Below are positions 10,093 to 19,986 of a stretch of DNA of 20,000 nucleotides, in pieces. Below the pieces are notes generated by a model. The model was given only the letters and a program-made list of their open reading frames with translations. It did no database searches and was not told the DNA's origin. The position numbers and the translations under genes were made by a program. This stretch comes from Ancylonema sp. (lineage: Eukaryota): NCBI GenBank assembly GCA_050230475.1, contig JBFLGF010000198.1:58225-78224 (forward strand), in the 5' to 3' direction. Position 1 is the stretch's first letter. The number at the start of each line of letters is the position of its first letter.

Positions 10093-10373
10093 TGTGAGAG
10101 TTACCATCATCCATGATGCCTTCTTTACACCAATAGATTCAATCTTCAGAATCAAACTTATTCACGACATGCCATACAAGAGAGTCGACTCGTGATTGCA
10201 AAGAGTCCGATTGATTATTGTGGCGGCCACAACTTGACCTAAGTAAACATGTATTGTCGGATGTATCGTTCTAACGAATACTTGCTAAAAGATCTAGCAA
10301 GAAGGCATGTTGCCACAAAATCGATATAACGAATATTCTCAATACAACAAAGCGTTTCTAGCCAAGTCTCACA
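10093..10373 (-). mobile_element. Array LTR copy 4 (chimeric flanks)
   Basis: As copy 2. Confidence 0.9.
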
Positions 10374-10513
10374 GCATCCCGGTGTCGAAATGCACAAATC
10401 TAAAGCCTCTCTCTATATTTGATGAGATAAGATAGAAGATGATAAAGCTGATGTGTGGGTATCTGGCGTCTTCAAGTATGTGCTACCTGGATAATATACC
10501 ATACAAAAAACAC

Positions 10514-10626
10514 CATAGTTGGGCGCGGACAACTTAAATCGCGCACATGTGCGCTCCCAATAAAGAAGAATTACTTCTACTAAAAATCGAGTTTACTACC
10601 GCCGACGATTATGGGCGGCGGCTTTT

Positions 10627-10662
<36 letters not shown>

Positions 10663-10764
10663 GCCAGGTGGTGCGCGATGCGCGCATGCTCGGAACATGT
10701 GCGTGATGCCCACATGTTCCGAACATGTGCGCCAAACCCGCGCACATGTGCGCGCCCAACTGTG
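10514..10764. mobile_element. MITE family B, copy in unit 4
   Basis: Same as 8144-8394 shifted by 2370. Confidence 0.72.
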
Positions 10765-10882
10765 GTAAACATAGTGAAAAATGTTTTCCACTGCAGTAAA
10801 AAAATGTTGGCACCGGGTCGCCCGGGCATCTTTTGGGCCGGTCTGCTTCCAAAGCGGAGCTCCACCCGGACCGGGATCCAAC

Positions 10883-11161
10883 TGTGAGAGTTACCATCAT
10901 CCATGATGCCTTCTTTACACCAATAGCTTCAATCTTCAGAATCAAACTTATTCACGACATGCCATACAAGAGAATCGAGTCTTGATTGCAAAGAGTCCGA
11001 TTGAATATTATGGCGGCCGCAACTTGGCCTAAGTAAACATGCCTTGTCAGATGTATTGTTCTAACGAATACTTACTAAAATATATAGCAAGAAGGCATAT
11101 TGCCACAAAATCGATATAACGAATATTCTCAATACAACAAAGTTTCTAGCCAATTCTCAGA
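10883..11161 (-). repeat. Copia 3' LTR
   Basis: Aligns to 15972-16251 with about 14 substitutions + 1 indel (manual count); abuts the PPT. Confidence 0.95.
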
Positions 11162-11170
11162 CCCCCTCCC
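11162..11170 (-). other. Polypurine tract (GGGAGGGGG on minus strand)
   Basis: CCCCCTCCC on + directly adjacent to the 3' LTR. Confidence 0.85.
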
Positions 11171-11330
11171 TAGAAACTTTGGCACACCCCCTCCAAAAAT
11201 CATGTCATCGATATCGGATTTTTCACATCAAAGTTTCACCCCCCCCCCAAAAAACAAGCCCCTCCCAATGAAAAAACAAACTGCCCCCTCCCAAACAAGA
11301 GGTTCCCTCCCCCCTCCCAAGCAATGACTC

Positions 11331-14300
11331 CTAAGGAGCAGCAACAAGCCCAATCATTGCAGAGTTTGCCTCAAGTATCTTAACTGGGACTGCCTTAGTG
11401 AGCATATCAGCTGCGTGAAACTCACTCTTAACAAACTGCAACCTGATCAATCCCTTGGCGACCCTCTCCCGAATAGAGTGCCACTTCAACTCAATGTGCT
11501 TGGAGCGACGATAAATACTGGGTATTCTGCCAGCTTGAGAGAGGACTCATTATCTCCCAGCAAGAGAACCCGAGCACCACTCGCAATGCCCAACCTCCCC
11601 TGCAGGTGGCGAAGGTAGAGAGCCTCATTGCCAGCTGTACTGAGTGCCACATACTCACTTTCACAGCTACTATGAGTAACTGTGTCCAGCAAGCTACTCC
11701 TCCAGCTGATCGCAGCCCCCCCACTAATGAACACATACCCTCCCCTGCCCTTGCGCGTGGCCTCATCATTGCCGTGACTGCTCTCTAAGCGGCCCCAGAG
11801 AGGCAGTTCCCCCCCACTCTGGTACAACAGCCCATGATTTAAGGTGCCCCTAATGTACCTTAGCACCCGCTTTACCCCCTCCCAGTGTTGGGCTGCTGGA
11901 TTTTGACTGTAGCGGCAGAGACTGTTGACAACCGCCGCGAGGTCAGGACGCGTCCCAGAGCACAGGTAGAGAAGGCTGCCCATTGCAGATCTATAGGGAA
12001 CATCCGCCACCCCCTCCCAAACGAAGTCTGCCACTGGCCCAAGTTCCTTACAGAAGTCCTTGCCAACCTCAAAAGGGGTTGCTGCAGGGCTGCACGCCAG
12101 CGTATTGAACTTCCCCAGCACCTCCCGTGCGTACTTCTCCTGACATAGAAACACCCCTCCATCTGGCTGCCTCCTTATTTCCAATCCCAAAAGGAATTTG
12201 GCCTCCCCCAGATCCTGCATTCGAAACTGCTCCTCTAGCTGCACCTTGACTCCGAGAATCCTGCTCAGCTCCTTGGACAGGAGTAACAAGTCGTCCACGT
12301 AGAGGGCTAGGTAGAGGGAGTCAGGGCCAGACCCCTTGACATACAACCCGAAATCAGATTGAAGACGGCGGAATCCTAGTCCCCGTAGAACCTCATTGAT
12401 ATGAGCGTTCCACATGCGGGGTGACTGTTTGAGGCCGTACAGACACCTCAAGAGGAGCCATACCTTCCCTTCATCCCTTGGCTCTCAAGCCCCCTCAGGG
12501 GGCTCCATGTAGATGATCTCCTCCAAAGGGGCGTAGAGGAAAGCTGTCGTGACGTCCATCTGGTGCATGTGCAGCTGCTGGGAGGCACCGAGGGCGACCA
12601 GCTGACGGATCCCCTCGAAACGCACAGTTGGGGAGAAAGTTTGGTCGTAGTCTTCTCCTTCCACCTCATTGAACCCCTTTGCGACCACTTGCCCCTTGTA
12701 CTTGTCTTCCTCCCCATTTGTTTTTTTCTTTACCCTGAAGACCCACTTGCATTTGACTACTTTCACCCGAGGAGGTCGATTTACGACTCGATCGACATTG
12801 TTATCCTTCAAGCTGGCCCTCTCAGAGTCCATGGCAGCCTGCCACTTGGCATTTTTTGGACTGTGGAGAGCGGTTGCGACAGATTCTGGTGTGCTGACCT
12901 CTAGAGCCAGATGTGCAGCGTACCCTGCCACGAATCTGACAGGGGGAATTCCAGAGTTCACTCTGCCAGATCGGCGGGTATGTGGGGGTGGGGTTAGGGT
13001 GCCCACAGCTGCCCCACCCGCATTTCCGACCCCAGCTCCGGCTCTGGCTCCCATCCCAGCTCTAGCAACAGCCCGTGTTACGCCACCTTCCGAGTGACCG
13101 GCCCCGACTGGATTCTCAGCGTCTGCATCGCTGGGATACCATTCAGGGCCGTCCTCTAGCTGCTCATCCATGGAGCTACCCCCGCTTGTTGACGAATTCA
13201 GGAGCATCCTGATCCTGACGGGGAGGAAGGTCCTGACTCTGAGGTAAAGGATTCCCCACAGCGTCGGGGATTGCATCTTCCCCGCCGCCACCCCAACCTC
13301 CCACTCCCCAACCGCCACCTCCAGCATCCCCGTTTCCAGCACCCGCACCTCCAGCTCCTCCACCACCATCACCCCATCCTTCCCCACCCCCACCTCCAGC
13401 GCCTCCACCACCGTCAGCCCAACCTTCACCACCCCCACCTCCAGCACCCTCACCTTCGCCAAGACCTCCAACTCCAGCTCTTGCAGCACCCTGGACGCCA
13501 TGGCTAGCTCCCCTTCCTCGTCGCGGCGAAACAAGCCACTGAATCTCCTCAAATTCAAGAGATTCAGCGAGCCTGTTTTTCTTCCCCAGCTGCTGCCCCT
13601 TCCACCACTCTGATGGGACAGATTCGTCGAAATCAGCATGACCGACACCAACGTTACTGACGACGTTGGTGGTGGGGTCCCACACCCTGTAGCTTGAGTC
13701 TTTGAAGCCCACAGTGACCCCGATTGACCCCGATTGACGCCAAGGGTCCCATCTTCCCTTTGCGATCGCGCTTTTCCATCCGCACGCAGACCTTGCAGCC
13801 ATATGCGCGCAGGTGGCTGACGTTTGGCGGGTTGCCACTCCACATCTCCTCCGGGGTTGCTGGAAGGCCCACGACCTGGCAGCGATTTCTGAGGTAGGAG
13901 GCGAAGGAAATTGCTTCGCCCCAGAGGCCAAAAGGGAGCTTCATACCGACCAGCATGGACCGAGCGCGGTCTTGGAGCGTTTTGTTCATGTGCTCCGTGA
14001 TGCCGTTGGCGTGAGGGGTGTGTGGGGGAGTAGGCTCGTGATTCTTTCCCCGATTTCGGAGCCAGAGCTGAAAGCTCCCATCAATAAACTCCCCCCCGTT
14101 GTCTGACCGCAAAATCTTGAGTTTTCTGCCAGCCTGAGTCTCCCAGATCGCGATCCACTGTTTTAGCCGCTCAGCAGCCTCGTCCTTGGAGCGCAGAATC
14201 TCCACCCAAGATTTTTTGCTGTACTCGTCGACAAACACCATATTATACTTGCCACCCCCAAGGGAGGCTAATGAACGGGCCAGCGAGATCCACGGACATC

Positions 14301-15993
14301 CTACCGAGGCACACCTTCTCTCCGAAATCGGCATGTTTGCGAGGGTGCGGTCTGTCCTGCGCTTTTCCCATTTTACAACCCTCGCAGTTGACGAACGCTC
14401 CAGAAATGCCGCCCTCAAGCCCCCTCACCAGATTTGAGCTTGCCATGGATCTAAACACGCGCTCATTGGCGTGCCCCAATCGCACGTGCAAGCGGTTTAC
14501 GTCAACAGCGGCAAGCGCAACTTCCCCTTCGCAAGGAATTTTTCGAATCTGAGGGGTGCAGATGAGGGTGTGGCGGCCTGCCAAGCTTTCCCGAATAGTC
14601 GCAACCTGCTTGCCGTCCTCGCGCAACAGAGGGACTATCTGGCCTGGTGTCCCCGCACAGTTGTAGTTCCACTTGGCCTGCCGCATCCGTTGCCCGCTGA
14701 TGAGATTCAGGCGCATCCCAGGGATGTACAGGCAATTGTGTATTGTGATGCCGCCACATTCTCCATGTGTCTTCAGGTGGACAGTCCCCCACTGTTTCCC
14801 CTCGACCTGCATGAGCACTAGCTCGTGCGGAATATCCTCGATGGTCGAGAAGTGGCTGATGTTGCCGGCTGTGTGGTCACTGCCCCCCCCGTCAATCAGA
14901 AATTCTGGATTGCCGTTCAGATCCCCAACGCAGGCTTCGCCAAGACAGATTTCGCCATGACCGAGACCGAGGTCCTCGAATTCTCCGACCAGGGCGCTTT
15001 TCTGTTTTCCGGCAGCACGTCGTCCAGGCGGCACCCCATTCTTTTTGTCGTAGCAACACCGGGCAGCCTCACAGTGATTGCAGATTTGTCCCTTGTCAGG
15101 GCAGTCTCTGCTTATGTGACCGGAGATCCCACACGAGTAACACGTGATTGTGCCCCCGCGACCACCGCCTGCCCTTCGACCAGATCCGCTTCCAGATCCG
15201 CTTCCTTCCCCGCGTCCACCTCCACCGACACGGCCTCCCTCATAATTACCCGTCCCGGCCACTCGGTTCCACTTCGCATAGTTGGCCTCCGTGACTAGCG
15301 CTTCGGCCTTGGCTGCTATTCTCTCCTGAGCATCCTCGAGCTCGTTGCGACTGAGCTGACCCCAGATCCAGCTCAAGCTAGGTAGCTCAACCTGCGAGAA
15401 GTATGTCGCCTTCAGGATTCCGTACTCCTTGCGCGGCATCCCCGCAAAGAGCGCCATGACCTTGTCCTCTTCGCTGATGACTTGACCAACCGGCAACTGG
15501 TATTCCAGGGCCTCTATGATAGCCGTGAACTCATCCCTAGTGTCCCGTACACTCTTAGATTCGTCGATTCTGAACGAGTTTGCTTTTGCTTGGCGAGTTG
15601 CCTAAGCTCGGGCGAGACTTGATCATAATCCCGAATCAGCTTGTCCCACATCCCCTTTGGGTCCCGATCCTTTCGGTATTTTTCTAGACCGCGCGCAATG
15701 TTGTTGCTCACGAGCGACATGATGAGCATGACCGCGCGCTTGCATTTTTTCCGGTACAATTTTAGGTCCTCCGTGTAGTCTTCCACTTCCTCATAATTTG
15801 TGAGATTAAGATCTGAATCTCGTTTAGACAATACCACCTCGGGCTCCAACTCAGTCCCCTCACATACTTCAAGACAATCCTCATTATCTAAAATTGCGCA
15901 TGTTTTCGACCGCCATGCCTGAAATAGCACGCGGTCCCCATCCAAGATCGTATATCTTGCTCTGATACCACTGTGAGTGTTACCATCATCCAT
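11331..15993 (-). pseudogene. Copia gag-pol polyprotein, broken by several frameshifts
   Basis: Gag N-terminus LDGDRVLFQAWRSK; zinc knuckle CYSCGISGHISRDC; protease FLIDGGGSDH; pre-integrase LHVRLGH...CEGCKMGK; integrase FVDEYS/LRSDNGGEF; RT KCKWVF, QMDVTTAFL, LYGLKQSPRMW, LYVDDLL; RNase H SSCESEY, DNESS, ADMLTK. Spread over at least 6 ORF frames; stop at 11331-11333. Confidence 0.95.
15959..15970 (-). other. Primer-binding site TGGTATCAGAGC (initiator tRNA-Met)
   Basis: Reverse complement of GCTCTGATACCA, 1 nt inside the end of the 5' LTR. Confidence 0.95.
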
Positions 15994-16251
15994 GATGCCC
16001 TCTTTACACCAATAGCTTCAATCTTCAGAATCAAACTTATTCACGACATGCCATACAAGAGGGTCGAGTCTTGATTGCAAAGAGTCCGATTGATTATTAT
16101 GGCGGCCGCAACTTGGCCTAAGTAAACATGCCTTGTTGGATGTATCGTTCTAAGGAATACTTGCTAAAAGATATAGCAAGAAGGCATGTTGCCACCAAAA
16201 TCGATATAACGAATATTCTCAATACAACAAAGGTTCTAGCCAATTCTCACA
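15972..16251 (-). repeat. Copia 5' LTR
   Basis: TGTGAG...CTCACA termini; followed on minus strand by the PBS; outer flank CCAAC. Confidence 0.95.
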
Positions 16252-16287
16252 CCAACTACGATGAAAACCCACCCACTGTACAAAAAT

Positions 16288-16534
16288 CTTAGTTGCGTCC
16301 CGGACACGAGGATCCCGGACGCGTCCGGAGCACGTCCGGCCCCGGACGCGTCCGGAGCACGTCCGGCCCCGGACGCGTCCGGAGATCCCCGGACGGTCCG
16401 GGACGCAACTAAGATGCAAAAAAAAAAAAAAGGTTTTCATTATGAAGTCACACAAATATGGGGGCTCCAAAAATATGGATATCAGATTTTGGCTGAGGCG
16501 TCCGGGTCCGGGACGCGTCCGGGACGCAACTATG
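16288..16534 (-). mobile_element. hAT-type MITE family A, copy 2 (247 bp, inverted relative to copy 1)
   Basis: TIR CTTAGTTGCGTCCCGGAC / GTCCGGGACGCAACTATG; perfect 8-bp TSD ACAAAAAT (16280-16287, 16535-16542); AT-rich core is the diverged reverse complement of the core of copy 1. Confidence 0.92.
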
Positions 16535-17813
16535 ACAAAAATGCAAAGCAAATAAATATTTGATTCGACTCTCGAGTCTTCTTTTCCGGAGTCTATTGAG
16601 TGTATATAGTAGAGCAAGTAATCGAGTGACGACTTCAAAAGTGAGTGGTTGGTCTACTTGTGCATTGTCAAGATAAATCAGGAGGCAAAACAAACCATAA
16701 AGAGCCACCCGCCCCAACTAACTTCCATTTGTGTTCCGATATACATCAACTATGGGAGAGAGCAAGCATTTGCCTCCTGGCATAGAGTTTCTTTTGGATG
16801 TCATGGCAGATTTCGGTCACAACTCTCTTTCTTAGTCTTGCGAGTAATGTGGAGAAGTAGCTCGTTCCGAGTGCCTCCCACTCGTAATTGCTAAAAATTG
16901 GATATTGCTTTCGATTTGCGACTCCAAATATCAAAAGTGCATCCAAACATGCTGAGGACCCGCGGAAGCAGCTAGGAGCTGGAAGATATGTGACTACACT
17001 AGCCTAGGTGGCATTGTAGGCATCGTTGGTCAGGATGAAGGCCAACTTGACCTTGAACCGAGCATATAATTATTGTTCCAGTTCGGATCGGAATCGAACA
17101 CCGATCGGCAGGTTATCTCGATTGGGGGACCGGGCAAAATCACGATTAATATAACAGGACACGTAATGCATACTAGGGCGACATTGCAATGAAATCTATG
17201 TAGCACCCAAAGTAGTTGGAGCACTTCCATTTTAATGTAAGCAGGACACACCGCTTCTTGTTGACGCACCATTGCGGCAAGAGATTCATGTGACGTGGTA
17301 AAAAACGCGAAAATCGTTGAAGTAAGCACTTTACCCGCCGGAGATACGAAATTATTCCACAACACTCATCAGATTCCAACTCACATTTGCAAGCCTACGT
17401 AACGGGCCTTGTTTTCCAACACCGCTTTTCTCTTGGGTTCAATTTGGGTTCGATTCCTAGTAAGAACAATAAAAGATCCGGTATACACCAGTGGCACACT
17501 CCAACAAAACAAGAAGCTCTTTCTTTTCGTCATTCTAAGGAGAACGAGACCTGTCATTGTAACGACTGCGACTCCGCGCCCTTGGAGACCTGAAAAGGAA
17601 TGCCAAAAACAATGGAGAACAAAACAGCCGATAATGTCCGTTAATGTCTGCAAGTCCAAATAAAGACCTAACCAAATAATAATGGTAATATTTTCCCATA
17701 ATTGTTTGGGCGAACCAAAGTAGAGAAGCAGCAACAACATGTAATTCAAGTTTAGGAGCCTCTACCATCATTGGTGACCAAATTGGGAGAACTGCTGCGG
17801 TGCTGAAACTATT

Positions 17814-17857
17814 TACAGGTATACAGGTGTACAGGTACATATACAGGTATACAGGTA
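17814..17857. repeat. Short minisatellite, about 5 x TACAGGT(A/G)
   Basis: Direct inspection. Confidence 0.8.
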
Positions 17858-18331
17858 TATGCAATTACAAGTGCCGTCTAACGACAACACTTCGGGCCCT
17901 CTCTTCCCCTCTTCTCAACAAATTGGCACAACCTACAAAGGGACCACTTGATAAAAGTAAACGAGAACCCCCCCCCCCCATTGTGGATCATGCATTTATC
18001 CACATGTGTTGGCAAAAGCAAAGCTGCTCGATCCCAAAATATTCTTCAGTACCTGCCCGTGCACCTTCTCCTACTCCTTCCCATCTCAACATCCCCTTCA
18101 TTTTACCACCCCCCGCCCCACAATCCGCCAGAGTGTGAGTATTACCTTGAACGGGAGTGGGTGGAGTAGCGTGGACGAGGAGATTGTCTGCAGAAGACAT
18201 AGAACAGGACAGAAAGATTTCTACGACAAATGAGGAAAAGGAGTGGACCGGCCATGGTTAGCTTACAGCGAGCAGGGACGGAATGGAATCCGAACACCCT
18301 TCACACCTCAATCTATATTTATATTTACCAC

Positions 18332-18384
18332 AAAAAAAAAAAAAAAAAAAAAAAGGACGTTATTTTTACATTTTGTTGTATTCC

Positions 18385-18415
<31 letters not shown>
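18332..18415. repeat. Two poly-A tracts (A23 at 18332-18354, A30 at 18386-18415)
   Basis: Direct inspection. Confidence 0.9.
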
Positions 18416-18417
<2 letters not shown>

Positions 18418-18439
18418 TAAGAGCAGCTCTTCAGACCCA

Positions 18440-18653
18440 GTCACCCAGACTTGAGGTTTTCTCTCCCCGCCCTCAACACCATGACTCCATACACCATCTC
18501 CCTTGCCAGTGACTCACACAGGGGAAGGGGTCCTAGAACTGCTCCGGCTTCTGTCCCTGTGTCTGGCCTGCAATCGGGACTGCTCCGTGCGCTGCTACAG
18601 CTGGCGTTCCACATCCGCCTTCTTGGCGGTTTCGGCCGCAGTGTCTTTTTTGA
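18440..18653 (-). CDS. Putative terminal exon of an unidentified minus-strand gene (frame and stop uncertain)
   Basis: Minus-strand CTAAG branch-like motif + pyrimidine tract + CAG acceptor ending at 18654; no recognisable domain. Confidence 0.3.
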
Positions 18654-19744
18654 CTGGGAGGGAAGGGGGGAGGAGGGCTTAGGAGGGGTGGAGTGTAGGG
18701 GCAGCTGGTTTATTCCAGAGTTTTTGGGTTAGAAGCACTCTGAGTTTCTGGGGTATTGGGGTTTATGACAAAAGTCGATTCTGGGGCCTTTCATGCATAA
18801 TGGTAATTCCGGCCGTCTAGCCTGGGGGATGACCGTACCGCCCAGTTTCAATACCCCAATAATTATTTATTTGGGGCTGGGGTGGGGAAAAGAAATTGAT
18901 TCGAGCTATGGACTCTTTTAGGGTTTCTATAGCGGTGCAGTATTTGCTGGGGCAGTTATTTGGGACTGGGGGAAGGGGGTGGGGTTCGAATAGAGAGTTA
19001 TTATGTGACAAGGGTGGGGTGTTAAGGTGGGCAGTGCGGTATCCTAGAAACGTTATGACTTGCCGAAAAAGGGGTGGGGCTTCAAACTAGATTGCCAGAG
19101 GAGTAGGCTATGGCGTATTTCTTAAGTTTAAGGTGGGGTGGGGCTATAACCCCTTCATGTACGGTATCCTACTTCCCTTCCTGTCTACTTGAGGGTTCTT
19201 TGCTGCAGGCAATGCTCTGCCTGTGACACCCCCTCTCCCCCCCTTACTATGCTTTGTGAGTTGTTTGCTCATGATGCGTTTCAGGCGTTCCTGGGGGGTC
19301 TCCTTCTTCTCCCCCTTGTTCAAACCGATATTACTTTTCGCCAGCTTGGAAATGGGAGCGGATAAGCTGCCCTCGGAACCAAAAAAAACAAGACAAATAA
19401 AAGGTGTTTAATAGAAGAAAAAGAAAAGGAGTGTGAAAAGTGAGACAAAAGAGAAGGTTCCGCCTGCCCCCCCCCCCAACAAAAGTTCACTCCGAAATTT
19501 ATTGATACAGCACGCATGCATCACGCCTGCACGGCCCTCTGACATACCCTGGCATGAAAGCCGTGTCCATATTCATCAAATGGTCCCCCTCCACAATCTC
19601 AATGCCCCCTATAAGCACACTTCAGTCCTGGTAGACATTCCCTTCACTCTCCCCTCCTCATTTAGCACCCCCTCCCATCAGGTTCCCCCCCCCCTCCCAG
19701 CCCCAACCGCCCCTTTGGTGCCCAGAGTTTCTACGTCCCTTTAC

Positions 19745-19885
19745 CTCCCAGGCGAAGCCCGTTCTCTCCCCCCTCTCTCTCTCTCACGCTGCGCTGTGGT
19801 GAGGACCACCCCTCCCCCAACCGCAGGGTCGCTGCGGAGGGCTTCCAGGATGGGGGCGGATCCAACCACGGGAGAAGGGAGGGAC
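19745..19885 (-). CDS. Putative internal exon (141 bp) of an unidentified minus-strand gene
   Basis: Minus strand: CTGAC branch point (19928-19932), long pyrimidine tract, CAG acceptor, AG|GTAAAG donor; length divisible by 3, two frames open. Confidence 0.5.
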
Positions 19886-19936
19886 CTGGTACAAGAAAGG
19901 AGGGGGAGGGAGAGAGAAGGGGACACAGTCAGCTTA

Positions 19937-19986
19937 CAGACGCAGACGCAGACGCAGACATGGATTGGGGGGGGGGGGGGGGGGGG
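19937..19986. repeat. (CAGACG)4 hexamer repeat followed by a G20 run
   Basis: Direct inspection. Confidence 0.8.

Larger units (their letters stand above)
7723..11161. repeat. Tandem array of 4 x 790-bp units (281-bp LTR + 509-bp spacer) closed by the Copia 3' LTR
   Basis: Unit starts at 7723, 8513, 9303, 10093 (then LTR at 10883); units differ at only about 7 positions by eye. Confidence 0.97.
10883..16251 (-). mobile_element. Full-length Ty1/Copia LTR retrotransposon (5369 bp), degenerate
   Basis: Two LTRs of about 280 bp; 5-bp TSD CCAAC (10878-10882, 16252-16256); PBS and PPT present; domain order gag-PR-IN-RT-RH. Confidence 0.97.

Noticed and set aside
7723..10882. CRISPR-like array or repeated small genes (72/73, 121, 69 aa ORFs)
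   Set aside because: Spacers are near-identical rather than unique, and the context is eukaryotic. The ORFs run through LTR/MITE sequence and a T26 homopolymer (poly-F/poly-K).
7723..11161. Tandem-array TRIM (LTR-internal-LTR-internal...) interpretation
   Set aside because: The spacer has no PPT and no iMet PBS. The TGG next to the LTR comes from the CCAAC TSD, which recurs at 16252. The TSD logic identifies the spacer as host DNA.
12563..15298. Plus-strand ORFs within the Copia
   Set aside because: Antisense shadows of GC-rich gag-pol with no independent motifs.
16600..18230. Short ORFs on both strands
   Set aside because: No recognisable domain, TIR/TSD or consistent splice pattern; treated as intergenic.
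18332..18415. Poly-A tracts as SINE/LINE tails
   Set aside because: No TSD, A/B boxes or RT remnant could be identified upstream; long homopolymers are common throughout this window.
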